Source: Terriglobia bacterium (GTDB taxonomy: Bacteria; Acidobacteriota; Terriglobia; Terriglobales; Acidobacteriaceae). Taken from it: a DNA stretch of 64,000 nucleotides. The notes under the pieces are model-generated. The model worked only from the letters and a program-made list of their open reading frames with translations. It did not search any database and had not been told where the DNA came from. Both the position numbers and the translations under genes were made by a program. This document shows positions 51,054 to 60,863 of this stretch, piece by piece (within the stretch, counting starts at the first letter, position 1; each line of letters begins with the position of its first letter). The stretch is taken from contig CAWBJB010000005.1 of the NCBI GenBank assembly GCA_963788945.1, positions 993,012 to 1,057,011 of the forward strand. The letters are read 5' to 3'.

Positions 51054-52274
51054 ATGGATCGGTACAAACCATGGAACGCCTTGGCCCCTTGTTTCTGTTT
51101 GTGGGTAGTCGCTCTCTTCGCGGTTCTTGCACTGCCCAGCTGTGGTGGTTATTCAGCCCCAAAAGGCGGCGGTGGGGGGGGAGGTGGCGGCGGGGGTGGC
51201 GGCGGCGTTGGTGGAACACCCGATTTTTTTCTGTTTACCGCCAACGGAGGCGGTGGCAATACTTCCGCGTTTCTTGCAAATGGTACTTCCGGCGCTTTAA
51301 CGGCGGTTGCAGGATCGCCTTTTGCCGCGGGCGGCAATCCAACCTCTGCAGCGGTAGACCCCGTCGGCAACTTTCTTTACGTTACGAATTTGATCTCAGG
51401 AGATGTCTCTGCCTATACGATCGGCTCGACCAGTGGCGCCGCGCTAACCCCGGTGGCTGGTGCTCCCTTCGCAGCGGACAGCGGGCCAATCTCAGTAACC
51501 GTGGACCCTTCGGGCAAGTTTGCCTACGTGGGAAATCAGAACTCTAACGACGTGTCTGCCTTTACGATCGGCGTCACCGGCGCACTGACAGCGGTTGCGG
51601 GCTCCCCTTTTGCTGCCGATACTACTCCTCGCTCCGTCGTGGTGGACCGTTCCGGCAAATACCTTTATGCGGTGACGGGTGCGGGTACGATTTCCGCATA
51701 CTCTATCAATACCAGCAGTGGTGTCTTGCAGGCTGTGCCGGGGTCTCCGTTCGCCGCCGCTGTTGCGATCACGTCGGCTGCCACGAACCCTGTGGCGGAT
51801 TTCCTGTATGTGACGAACGCGGGCGGTACTAACACTGTCATCGGCTTTGTTATCAACCCAGGCACTGGAGGTCTCAGCCCAATGACTGGCTCACCCTTCC
51901 CAACCGGTTCTGATCCTTCGTCTGTCGTGCTAGATCCGGCGGGAAAATTTTTGTTTGTGTCTAACACAGCGGCGAACACCATCTCCGCTTACAACGTAAA
52001 CGGGAGCACGGGCGCCCTTACCGCTGTCAGCGGGTCGCCCTTCGCAAGCGGCGGGACCGGGCCTGTCTCAGTCGACACCGACCCTGCTGGCAGTTTCCTA
52101 GTCACCGCAAACAACGGGTCCAGCAACGTTTCGGTGCTCCGAATAAATAGCACAAGCGGCGCACTTGCGGCAGTAGCGGGCTCGCCATTTGCGACGGGAA
52201 GTGGTCCGGAGTCGGTAGTCACGGTAGCCAACAATTCGCCGTTTGACTACTTTCGTTCCACGGCTCGTCAGTGA
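51054..52274 (+). CDS. lactonase-type beta-propeller lipoprotein with a 13-Gly linker
   Basis: Intact 406-aa ORF with lipobox LALPSC, a G13 linker, and 7-8 repeats of GALTAVAGSPF...P.S..VDP.G.FLYV. Confidence 0.8.
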   Translation: MDRYKPWNALAPCFCLWVVALFAVLALPSCGGYSAPKGGGGGGGGGGGGGGVGGTPDFFLFTANGGGGNTSAFLANGTSGALTAVAGSPFAAGGNPTSAAVDPVGNFLYVTNLISGDVSAYTIGSTSGAALTPVAGAPFAADSGPISVTVDPSGKFAYVGNQNSNDVSAFTIGVTGALTAVAGSPFAADTTPRSVVVDRSGKYLYAVTGAGTISAYSINTSSGVLQAVPGSPFAAAVAITSAATNPVADFLYVTNAGGTNTVIGFVINPGTGGLSPMTGSPFPTGSDPSSVVLDPAGKFLFVSNTAANTISAYNVNGSTGALTAVSGSPFASGGTGPVSVDTDPAGSFLVTANNGSSNVSVLRINSTSGALAAVAGSPFATGSGPESVVTVANNSPFDYFRSTARQ

Positions 52275-52313
52275 ACTGATTAGACACTTTTCGAGGCCGG
52301 GCAATAACGGTAG

Positions 52314-52421
52314 GTTGTCCAGCCCCCGGGGTGCGCCAAAGGCAGCGACCGATTTCCGTCTCTTCGATTTGGACAAAATTAAAAAATGCGAGCAGAAGCC
52401 CAAATTACGCTCAGGGACCGG
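52314..52421 (+). repeat. island non-coding module, copy R3
   Basis: See R1. TTGTCCA (52315-52321) pairs with TGGACAA (52369-52375) as a 7-bp inverted repeat in this copy only. Confidence 0.75.
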
Positions 52422-52521
52422 TCCTGAGTGTAGTCTGCCATGGGTTCGGTTCAGGAAGGCGCAGACGATCCCGATAGAACGGGTTTCTGGCACTCTAGGA
52501 AGGATTTAATATATCGCTGTT

Positions 52522-53310
52522 GTGATCCGACAATCTTTGGCTCGAACAAAGCGCGGCACCTTTGCTGTTCTTCTTCCGAACCCATTTAAAGGACGAATGC
52601 CCTGCCCTGTGGGAACCGGATTCTTTGTAACTCACGATGGCGTGTTCGTCACTGCTGCTCACGTCGTGACGCAGAATTACAAATCTGACGGCCCTCCAAG
52701 GGAAGATATTGGGGACGGTTGGTTGATGACCGAACCACAACCCGGCGAGTGGGCGCGGAGAATGTGCCTCGGCCTGTCCTTGGTTTCTGTCGATCCGGAG
52801 CACGACATCGCTATCTTGAAGGCTGATCTAGCCAAGAATCGCGACAAGACTTGGATGGAAGAGGGCGGTTTCCCGTTTGTTCCAGTTTCGTTTGCGGAAC
52901 TTGAGGAGGGTGAGCCAGTCTATTCGTTCGGATATCCTCTATCGCAGGCCGAACATTTTGATTTTGGCGAAGTCATGTACGGTGACTCGGTGCTGGTTCC
53001 CCGCATAACGTCTGCGATTGTCTCCTCGAACATTGAGAAGACCGAAATGGCGCATGGCGACGACCCGACCCACCTTTATGTTTTGGACAAAGCCTTGAAC
53101 TGGGGCAATAGTGGAGGCCCAATGGTTTCCACCACCACGGGTCAGGTGCATGCTGTTGCTTCTAGATTTATCCCGATCACGGTCGAGCAGCGGGCTTCGG
53201 ATGGGAAGGTATACGCGCTAAAGATTCCCAGCCTCTATAGCGTTGCTGTAGGTTTGTCGAATACTTCGGTACGGCAATCGCTGGAAAATCTCGGAGTGTC
53301 CGCCGAATAG
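52522..53310 (+). CDS. trypsin-like (S1/S1C-type) serine protease without a signal peptide
   Basis: Catalytic-triad contexts TAAHVV, HDIAILK and GNSGGP. GTG start at 52522; an alternative ATG is at 52597. Confidence 0.8.
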   Translation: MIRQSLARTKRGTFAVLLPNPFKGRMPCPVGTGFFVTHDGVFVTAAHVVTQNYKSDGPPREDIGDGWLMTEPQPGEWARRMCLGLSLVSVDPEHDIAILKADLAKNRDKTWMEEGGFPFVPVSFAELEEGEPVYSFGYPLSQAEHFDFGEVMYGDSVLVPRITSAIVSSNIEKTEMAHGDDPTHLYVLDKALNWGNSGGPMVSTTTGQVHAVASRFIPITVEQRASDGKVYALKIPSLYSVAVGLSNTSVRQSLENLGVSAE

Positions 53311-53455
53311 TTGGAACCGTCACTTTTTTAAAGGCCTAATTCCGAAAAAATCAGAGCAGTCCGAGTAATCTGTGGATGAAATCCCGATCTCGCCATCCGC
53401 CGGGGAGCATGGCGTACTCGACTCGCTTTTTCATCAGATCCGGAGCGCGAGATCG

Positions 53456-53608
53456 CTATGAGGTTTCGCTCGCGTCGTTGCGTCGTCCCCCCGAGCCAGC
53501 CTTGCGTCCTTGCAACTTGCCGGTCCATAGCAGCGAATACAGGTAATCCAGTCCCACTCCAAGCCTGCGTGCTGCTTCAATCGCGGTGAGTTCAATTTCG
53601 TTTTCCAT
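53456..53608 (-). CDS. excisionase-like HTH protein (3' end possibly frameshifted)
   Basis: MENEIELTAIEAARRLGVGLDYLYSLLWTGKLQGRK. It is divergent from the next gene and lies 0.8 kb from the integrase. Confidence 0.55.
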   Translation of the reverse strand: MENEIELTAIEAARRLGVGLDYLYSLLWTGKLQGRKAGSGGRRNDASETS

Positions 53609-53620
53609 TGCCGTTGCTCC

Positions 53621-54415
53621 TTGACAATGGTGATGCTACTGCTTACAGTACCAGTTATGCAACGTGGTGTGTACGATCACGTAACAAAACAATCTAGCTT
53701 GCCGGTACTGATCCGTGCCACGGCTGGGCAGCAAGAAGGAGTGGCGACTTTCGAACCGGAGTTAGGCGCCCCCATTCCGGTACGCCGCTTTAAGGATTCC
53801 GATCTGAAGGACGCGGCAAATCATATGACGGAAGCCGAGGCGCGGCATTTCCATGCGGTGATTGCATTAGCCCACGCACTTCAAGATCCGTCTGACACGA
53901 TTGCTTTGCGGAAAGCGAATGCTGCCTTTGATGAGGCATATAGGCTTCGTCGGGCCGAGCCGACCACTTTCGCGAAATTAGGCGAAGACTTCGCAATCGC
54001 TCTCGGGCGAGCTATCGGTGCACCGCCTCAAGAAGCAGCCGAAATTTACGACCGCAAGCGCCCTGGCCCACGCGCAGCCTCAGATCCACGGTGGATGCTG
54101 TCCTATGCAGTGTCCGAAGGTCTAGGTATTTCGTCACAGTTAGTGCTGTGGTGGACAGGTGTTCGCTTCACTCCGGCCATTTGGTGCTATGACATGAAGA
54201 CCGCCTTCTATGTTCGCGCTCTATTAAGCGCCGTTGGAGGGAAGGGACTTCGCATTTGCCCGCACTGCAGCAAACCATTTGTTCAGAAGCGCCCGGACCA
54301 AGACTATTGTTCGATTGCCCACCGTGAAGCCCACCGCGTAGCGCGATGGAGGGCGGCAAAAGTAAAACCACCAAGAGAGAAAGGGGGTAGGAATGTCACT
54401 CGTAAAACGCGGTAA
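53621..54415 (+). CDS. island hypothetical protein with a C-terminal Cys/His zinc-ribbon-like motif
   Basis: CPHCSKPFVQKRPDQDYCSIAHREAH near the C-terminus. An alternative ATG start is at 53657. The 3' end overlaps the integrase start. Confidence 0.5.
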   Translation: MTMVMLLLTVPVMQRGVYDHVTKQSSLPVLIRATAGQQEGVATFEPELGAPIPVRRFKDSDLKDAANHMTEAEARHFHAVIALAHALQDPSDTIALRKANAAFDEAYRLRRAEPTTFAKLGEDFAIALGRAIGAPPQEAAEIYDRKRPGPRAASDPRWMLSYAVSEGLGISSQLVLWWTGVRFTPAIWCYDMKTAFYVRALLSAVGGKGLRICPHCSKPFVQKRPDQDYCSIAHREAHRVARWRAAKVKPPREKGGRNVTRKTR

Positions 54416-55549
54416 GACATGGCACTGCCACTTCGTTGTGAACGGGCAGCGCTTCCGACAGTCGCTAGACACGAAGGACTGGAGAGAAGCACAGGCCAAG
54501 GAAAAACAACTCATCGCGGAGGCGTCCGAAGGGAAGCTGACGCACAACTCCACTGCTCTCGCTCGCCTGCCGTTCGCACAGGCAGCGGATGAGTACGTGA
54601 GCGCCCGGAAACTGGAGTTGGCGTCCGCCAGTCAAGCGAAGGAAAAGCAGCTATTGGTGCAACTGCGGGCCTACTTCAAGCAGGAACCGCTCAAGGCCAT
54701 CACCGTGAAGCGGATCACCGATTATCGGACATGGAGGGCGGAACAGAAAGTCGGCCCTGCCACACTCAACGCAGAGTTGGGCATCCTGCGGCGCATCCTG
54801 AAGCGAGCGAAGCTCTGGGCGCGTGTTGCTGACGATATAAGGCCACTCAAGGAGCCGAGCACCATCGGGCGGGCAATCACTGAGGAAGAAAAGCAGCGGC
54901 TTCTCAAAACGGCTGTAATGCGACCTGAATGGGAAACAGCATACCTTGCTGCGATTCTTTGCCTGAATACCACCGCAAGAGGCTGCGAGTTGAAAGGACT
55001 GCAATGGTGCGACGTGGACCTGTTCGCCCGCACTCTCACGATTCGCACGTCCAAGACGGCTGCGGGCGAAAGGGTGGTTCCTCTCACCGACGTAGCTATC
55101 TCCGCTCTTGCGAGGCTCCGCCGAAGGGCGGAGGGCTTTGGCACGGTCGAGCCGTCTCACTATGTCTTTGCTGCCTTCGTTCCCAAGTTCACCTTCAGCG
55201 GCAAGACGAGTAGTCGGACTACAACGTCACTGGCTTTGACCCGACGCGGCACGTGAAAAGCTGGCGGACGGCTTGGAGGACGCTGACGAAGAAAGCGGGC
55301 CTGCCGGGGTTCCGGTTCCACGATCTGCGGCACTGCGCCATCACTCAGCTTGCGGAGAACGGCACGTCCGATTCAACGATCATGGCGATTGCTGGACACG
55401 TCAGCCGTCGCATGTTGGAGCGGTACAGCCACGTCCGCATGGAAGCCAAGCGCACTGCGATGGAAGCCCTTGCCGTGAGCACCAAAACGGCGGGTTATGA
55501 CACAAACCATGACACAAACGCCGTCGCTGTACGCACTCGCCCCGTCTAA
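54393..55549 (+). CDS. tyrosine recombinase/integrase (one frameshift near 55210)
   Basis: N-terminal SAM-like domain, then TTARGCEL...FHDLRHCAITQLAENG...IAGHVSRRMLERYSH (R..HxxR..Y). The stop lies 14 nt from the tRNA 3' end. Confidence 0.9.
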
Positions 55550-55559
55550 GTTGTTGGGA

Positions 55560-55608
55560 GATTTGGTGGACCTGGTCGGGATCGAACCGACGACCTCTTC
55601 CATGCCAT
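55560..55608. repeat. 49-bp direct repeat (proximal att site, within tRNA-Ala)
   Basis: Identical to 48934-48982. Confidence 0.9.
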
Positions 55609-55639
55609 GGAAGCGCGCTCCCAGCTGCGCCACAGGCCC
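55564..55639 (-). tRNA. tRNA-Ala (anticodon GGC), CCA encoded
   Basis: Reverse complement GGGCCTGTGGCGCAGCTGGGAGCGCGCTTCCATGGCATGGAAGAGGTCGTCGGTTCGATCCCGACCAGGTCCACCA folds into a full cloverleaf with G3:U70, anticodon loop AT-GGC-AT and T-loop TTCGATC. Confidence 0.93.
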
Positions 55640-55799
55640 ACATGAGAAACAATGTCGAGGGGACTTAAAGCAATTCAATTCTCGCCTACTGGCTATCGAT
55701 AGTCAAACCCTGCGGCGACTCTCCGCATCTCTAGTGGGCCGCAGATTTTGCGAAAGCCGGGAAACTTAGTATTCTGAGTGACAGTCTGCGGCAACCTTA

Positions 55800-56500
55800 A
55801 TGACACGAAACTCTATTTTGCGTTTTCGATGCTTGTCCCTGTTGCCGCTCTGTCTGGCGGTGAGCGCCCAGGTCATTTCCTCCAACCAGCCCGCGCCCCA
55901 GGGCCCGGTTTCGTATTCTTCCGCCAGTCAGCTGAACGCTCTGCTCTCGCAGCTGGAAGAGGCATCGCAGGCGGCGCAAGTGGATTTGGCCAAGATGCGC
56001 ATCGAAAAATGGAAGACCGACTCGGGCAGCAAGCGGCAGGCCGAGGGTAATGCGGAATCCATCCAGCGCAATCTGCAAACTGCGCTTGCCGGAGATTATC
56101 GCGGAGCTGAAGGCGTCGCCCGAGAGCCTTACTTCCACCTTCAAGCTCTATCGCAATCTGGACGCGCTTTACGACGTGTTCGAATCGGTGGCCGAGTCGG
56201 CGGGGGCCTTCGGTTCGAAGGACGAGTTCCAGTCGCTGGAAAACGATGTCAGCGCCTTCGAGAGATTGCGGCGTTCGGTGGCCGAGCGCATGGAGACTCT
56301 GGCTGGCAGCCAAAGAAGTCGAGGTGACTCGCCTGCGGGCGGCACTGCAGAGCGCACAGGCCAACACGCCGTCGGCACCCCCCAAGAAAATTGTCGTGGA
56401 CGATGAAGCTCCGGCGAAGAAGCCGGTCAAGAAGAAATCCGCCCCTAAGGCGGTGCCCGCCACCACGGCCCCCCATCCCGCCGCAGCCCAACCGAAATAG
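55800..56500 (+). CDS. exported hypothetical protein (2 frameshifts)
   Basis: Signal peptide MTRNSILRFRCLSLLPLCLAVSAQ. It continues through ORFs 56050 and 56246 and has a Lys/Pro/Ala-rich tail. Confidence 0.5.
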
Positions 56501-56603
56501 ACGCTGCTCGAAACCGCGTAACTTTGGCCAGAAAAGACTTCAGGCGGCCAAATCCATCTGCTGGAAATCTGTAACATATTGAAATAGCTACAGTTGTGAG
56601 GGT

Positions 56604-56631
56604 GGAACTCTGCCTGCCACGCCGGGGTCTA
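56604..56631 (+). promoter_or_regulatory. candidate ECF-type promoter
   Basis: GGAAC (56604-56608), an 18-nt spacer, then GTCTA (56627-56631), about 95 nt upstream of the ECF sigma gene. Confidence 0.3.
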
Positions 56632-56723
56632 TACATATCAAGGTTGACGTATTTCGGCTGACGATAGAACACGTTTAACGTTGGGCCCGCGGGCGGAAAG
56701 AACCTATAATGGGAGGTGACGCC

Positions 56724-57455
56724 ATGGCTTTAGTGGCGGGAGCAACCACCTTGGGTGATCTTGCAGTCTCGATAGGAATCCGAACCCAGCAGTCAGCGAT
56801 TGTGGCCGAATTGAAGGCAGGCTCGGAAGACGCCTACGCCTGGCTCATCGCCGAATTTCACCAGCCGATCTACAGCCTGGTGTATCGCATCGTCACCGAT
56901 CCGGCGGACGCGGCCGATACGACCCAGGAAGTCTTCCTGAAAGTGTTTCGCGGGATGAAGCATTTTCACGGCGAGTCCAGTCTGAAGACCTGGATTTACC
57001 GCATTGCAGTGCATGAGGCTTCCAACCGGAGACGCTGGTGGTTCCGGCATAAGGCGAAGGAAACTTCGATTGAGCCGAACCAGGACGATAACGGGGCAGG
57101 CGCATCGTGCATGCGCGATACGCTGGTGGATGAAAGCGAATCGCCGTTCGACATGGTGGAGCACGAGGAAGTCCGGGCGCGGGTGGAAGAGGAACTGAGG
57201 CAAATCTCGGAGCCCTACCGCACCACGGTCATCTTGCGCGATCTGGAAGACATGTCGTACGAAGAGATAGCAGAGATTACAGAGGTTTCGCTGGGAACGG
57301 TGAAGTCACGACTGACGCGCGGCCGCGAAGCATTGCGAAAGCGTCTGACAGGATACGTAGTGGAACATGCGGAACAACTCGGTTTGCAGGCTCCCCGGGA
57401 AGCCGAACAGGGCATAAGCCATTGCGCGACTTCTGCCATTGAGGTGACACGATGA
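56724..57455 (+). CDS. ECF-family RNA polymerase sigma factor
   Basis: Region 2 (DTTQEVFLKVFRGMKHF...WIYRIAVHEASN) and region 4 (LEDMSYEEIAEITEVSLGTVKSRLTRGREAL). The ATG at 56724 follows GGGAGG; the ORF is open from 56709. Confidence 0.9.
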   Translation: MALVAGATTLGDLAVSIGIRTQQSAIVAELKAGSEDAYAWLIAEFHQPIYSLVYRIVTDPADAADTTQEVFLKVFRGMKHFHGESSLKTWIYRIAVHEASNRRRWWFRHKAKETSIEPNQDDNGAGASCMRDTLVDESESPFDMVEHEEVRARVEEELRQISEPYRTTVILRDLEDMSYEEIAEITEVSLGTVKSRLTRGREALRKRLTGYVVEHAEQLGLQAPREAEQGISHCATSAIEVTR

Positions 57456-58126
57456 CGTGCGCCCAAGCCAGACCGTTGTTTTCTCCGTACCTCGATGGGG
57501 CGGTTACTGGCAAGCAGATGCACGCACTGAGTCAGCACATCGAGTCCTGCGAACGCTGCAGCCGCCAGTACGTTTCGCTGCGGCAGACGCAGCACCTGCT
57601 GGCCCGCGTGGGTCCCCGCAAAGCGCCGGCTGACCTGCCATTGAAGCTTCGGGTGGCAATTTCGCAGCAGACCGCGCTATCCCGGCGCCGCTATTTCGAG
57701 GGCGTGCGGGTTCGGTTCGACAACGCGCTTGACCTCTTCATGGTGCCGGCCACCGCAGGCCTGGCCGCCGCCGTAGTCATCTTCGTGGTCTTAATGGGAT
57801 TTCTGGCCCCCTTGCAGGCAGACAATTCCGACGTCCCCTTGATGCTTCATACCGGACCGCAGCTGCAACAGTCGGCGTTCGGATCGACCCTCGATTCCAT
57901 CAACGACGACTCGCTGGTGATTGAAGCCTATGTGGACTCGCAGGGACGGGTGCAGGATTACCGCATTCTTTCCGATTCCAAGGAAGACGCCACATTGCTG
58001 CCGCAAGTAAAGAAAAACATGCTGATCTTCACTACCTTCACAACGTTCCGTCCAGCACTTTCCATGGGCCGGCCGACGACGGGACGGGCGATATTGTCTT
58101 TCTCCAAGGTGAGCGTGAAGGGGTAG
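57452..58126 (+). CDS. anti-sigma factor (zf-HC2 type) with one TM helix
   Basis: MTCAQARPLFSPYLDGAV...HIESCERC. Its ATG overlaps the sigma-factor stop (ATGA). Confidence 0.75.
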   Translation: MTCAQARPLFSPYLDGAVTGKQMHALSQHIESCERCSRQYVSLRQTQHLLARVGPRKAPADLPLKLRVAISQQTALSRRRYFEGVRVRFDNALDLFMVPATAGLAAAVVIFVVLMGFLAPLQADNSDVPLMLHTGPQLQQSAFGSTLDSINDDSLVIEAYVDSQGRVQDYRILSDSKEDATLLPQVKKNMLIFTTFTTFRPALSMGRPTTGRAILSFSKVSVKG

Positions 58127-58190
58127 GAGTGGTTGGCGGCGTCGGTCCCACTTGGGTATCGTGCCCTAGGATAGTCTAATGGCACTGCAT

Positions 58191-58214
58191 CGCGGGCGAG
58201 TCGCCCGCGACCAC
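58191..58214. repeat. REP hairpin, intergenic copy
   Basis: cgcgggcgagtcgcccgcgaccac belongs to the same family as the copies inside kdsD and lhr. Confidence 0.6.
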
Positions 58215-58328
58215 TCCAGACGCTCCGAATAAAAAGCTGCAACAGCGTCCATTGATTCTGCGGCGGGCACCCCTTACACTTAATAGAAGATCGTAGCCCG
58301 CATACCGGCCAGCCTGCAGGAGGTTTCC

Positions 58329-59839
58329 CTGAGTCGTAGGTTTAAATGCTCGCTTTACGCGGCCTTGTTTGCCCTGCTGGCAGAGGTGTCGCCGGCACAG
58401 AATCAGAGCCCTGTAGCTCTGGACACCAACGAGACTCTGTTCACCGTGCTTACGGCAATCAATACCTGTGGATATGACCAGGACTTGGGCGTCTCGGACC
58501 CGTTGCGGTCACGGGTGCGCGCCGAAGTGGCTCGCGCCGGCGAGGCGTCACAGGAAGCCGAGGACTGCGACCCAGGCCATGTGCCAGTACTATCAGGAGC
58601 ACCAGCAGCCGGAAGCATCGAAGGCACTTGCCCAGTACGTGTCCCTGGCGCTGTACCTGAACCCTCCGCCCGCTCTGACGGCCAAGGTCAAGGATGCGGA
58701 TATTGCCTCCCGATGCCGCGCTTGTGCTGGGGATTCTTCCCCTCCTGCAGAAATTCTCCGAGACGGCGGGACTGCATGCTATCTGGGAAAGCAATCGCGA
58801 GGCCTACGCCGCCTTGACCGTGCGTTATCACGAAGCGCTGGCCAAGATGTTGTTTGACACCGAGATTTATCTGAAGCTGCCGTCGTCATCCCGCCTGGGC
58901 CGAGACTTCACGGTGTACGTGGATCCCATGGGCGCGCCCGGGCAAACCAACGCCCGCAATTACGGATCAGATTATTATGTGGTGATTTCTCCGGGCCCCG
59001 CGGCAGGGCTCAAGATGGACCAGATCCGGCACACCTATCTGCACTATTTGCTGGATCCGATGGCGATGAAGTATCCGGCAACCATGAAGCGTCTGGAGCC
59101 ACTGCTAGAAACCGTCAAGACGGCGCCCATGGACCAGAGCTTCAAGAGCGATGCGTCCCTGCTGGTGACCGAGTGCCTTATCCGGGCGATCGAAGCCCGC
59201 ACCGCGGGATCGAAGAAAGCGCCCGAAGCAGAGCGCTTGCAGGCGGTCCAGAATTCATCGCGGCAGGGCTTCATCCTGACGACATATTTTTACGAAGCGC
59301 TGCTAAAGTTTGAGAAGGACCCAGCCAGCCTCAGCAATGCGTATGGCGATCTGGTGAGCGGCATCGATGTGGGGAAAGAACGGAAACGTGCAGCCCAGGT
59401 CACGTTCGCTTCCACCTCCGACACCGAGCTGTTGCATCTTTCGCGCCCGCAACAGAGCAAGTTGCTGGTCGCTGCCGAACAAAAGCTCTCGACAGGGGAT
59501 GCGGAGAGCGCGCAAAAGCTGGCACAGCAGGCGCTGGATGAAAAAAACGAAGACCAGGGCCGGGCACTTTTCATTCTGGCGGAAGTCGCCGCTCGCAAGT
59601 CGGACATGCAGGGGGCGCGAACATATTTCGAACGCGCGCTGGAAGTGGCGCACGAACCGAAGGTGTTGGCCTGGTCCCATATTTATCTGGGAAGAATTTT
59701 CGACTTGCAGGAAGATCGGGAGGCGGCGATTGACCAATACCGGGCGGCGGTGACTGCGGGCTCCGGACTGCCCGAAGCTAAAGCCGCGGCCGAATTGGGA
59801 TTGCAGAAACCCTATGAGCCCACCCGCCGTTCGCAGTAG
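58329..59839 (+). CDS. exported protein with C-terminal TPR repeats (2 frameshifts; start uncertain)
   Basis: AGGAGG lies 6 nt before a CTG at 58329, followed by a signal-like LYAALFALLAEVSPAQ. The body is in ORFs 58365, 58468 and 58694. Confidence 0.55.
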
Positions 59840-59893
59840 AGTACTGCAGCCGTCATCGAACAGGACGAATTGCACTTTGCCCAAGGAGAGAGC

Positions 59894-60764
59894 ATGAAGC
59901 AAGCAGCGATGCTAGTCGTGATACTGGCGCTGGCTACATTCGTATCGGCGCAAACCCAGACGCCTCCCGCGCCGACGGGTGCAGCGGCCACAACCCCTCC
60001 GCCTCAGGGCAAGCGCCCGCCCCAGGCCAAGACCCAGGCCGAATTTGACGCCTACAAGGTGGCGGCCGCCAATACCGATGGCCCTAGCCCTGGAAAAAGC
60101 GGCGGATGACTTCGCTGCCAAGTTCCCCGACAGCGAGCTGCGAATCCTGCTTTACCGGAACGCGATGCACGTCTATCAGACCACGAACAATTCCGACAAG
60201 ATGATGGACATGGGACGCAAAGTGCTCAAGATCGATCCCGATGATCCCGAGGCTCTGGTGGGTGTGGCCCAGGTCCTGGCGGAGCGCACGCGGGAGAGCG
60301 ATCTGGACAAAGATCAACGCCTGGATGAAGGCACGAAGCTGGCCCAGCACGCGCTGGAAACCGCTGACACCGACATCGCCGTCCCGCCGGGGACCCCACA
60401 GGACAAAATCGACGCCTACAAAGGATTCCTGCGCTCCAACGCCTACTACGTGCTCGGCACAATCCAATACACGCGGGAAAAGTATTCGGATGCGGAAGGC
60501 TACTTCCGCAAATCCATGGATGCCTTCCCTTCTCAGCTCGATCCACTGGCGGTGCTGCGCCTGGCGCTCTCGCTGGACAAGCAGGAAAAGTATCCCGAAG
60601 CGTTGAAGTATGCCAACCAGGCTGTACAGATGACGGAATCCAGCCAGGGCTCGACACTGGCCACTCTGTCGCGCAACGAACGTGATCGCCTGGTTCAGCT
60701 GACCGGGGGCGCCCCTGCCGGGAAGCCGCCTGCGAGCGCGCAGAACCCAGCGCCCAAGAATTAG
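59894..60764 (+). CDS. exported TPR-like protein (one frameshift near 60075)
   Basis: RBS aaggag, an ATG at 59894 and signal peptide MKQAAMLVVILALATFVSAQ. The remainder is in ORF 59979..60764. Confidence 0.65.
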
Positions 60765-60863
60765 TTAGTACGAAGACCAGACCTCTGACCTCGGACATCA
60801 GACCTCGGATTCCAGCCCTCCGGGATTTGCCGAAGTCCGAGGTCCGACGCCTCTCACCAAATC

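Larger units (their letters stand above)
48934..55608. mobile_element. about 6.7-kb integrative island in tRNA-Ala(GGC)
   Basis: Perfect 49-bp direct repeats at both ends, an integrase abutting the intact tRNA, an excisionase-like HTH gene, and cargo of unrelated function. Confidence 0.8.

Noticed and set aside
49200-52421. The three island modules as integron attC sites (cassette array)
   Set aside because: The modules begin with GTTGTCC rather than ending with a GTTRRRY core and lack an RYYYAAC inverse core at the 5' side. They do not form a conserved imperfect hairpin across the three copies. The only recombinase is a tRNA-targeting integrase at the far end in the same orientation, not a divergent IntI with attI and Pc.
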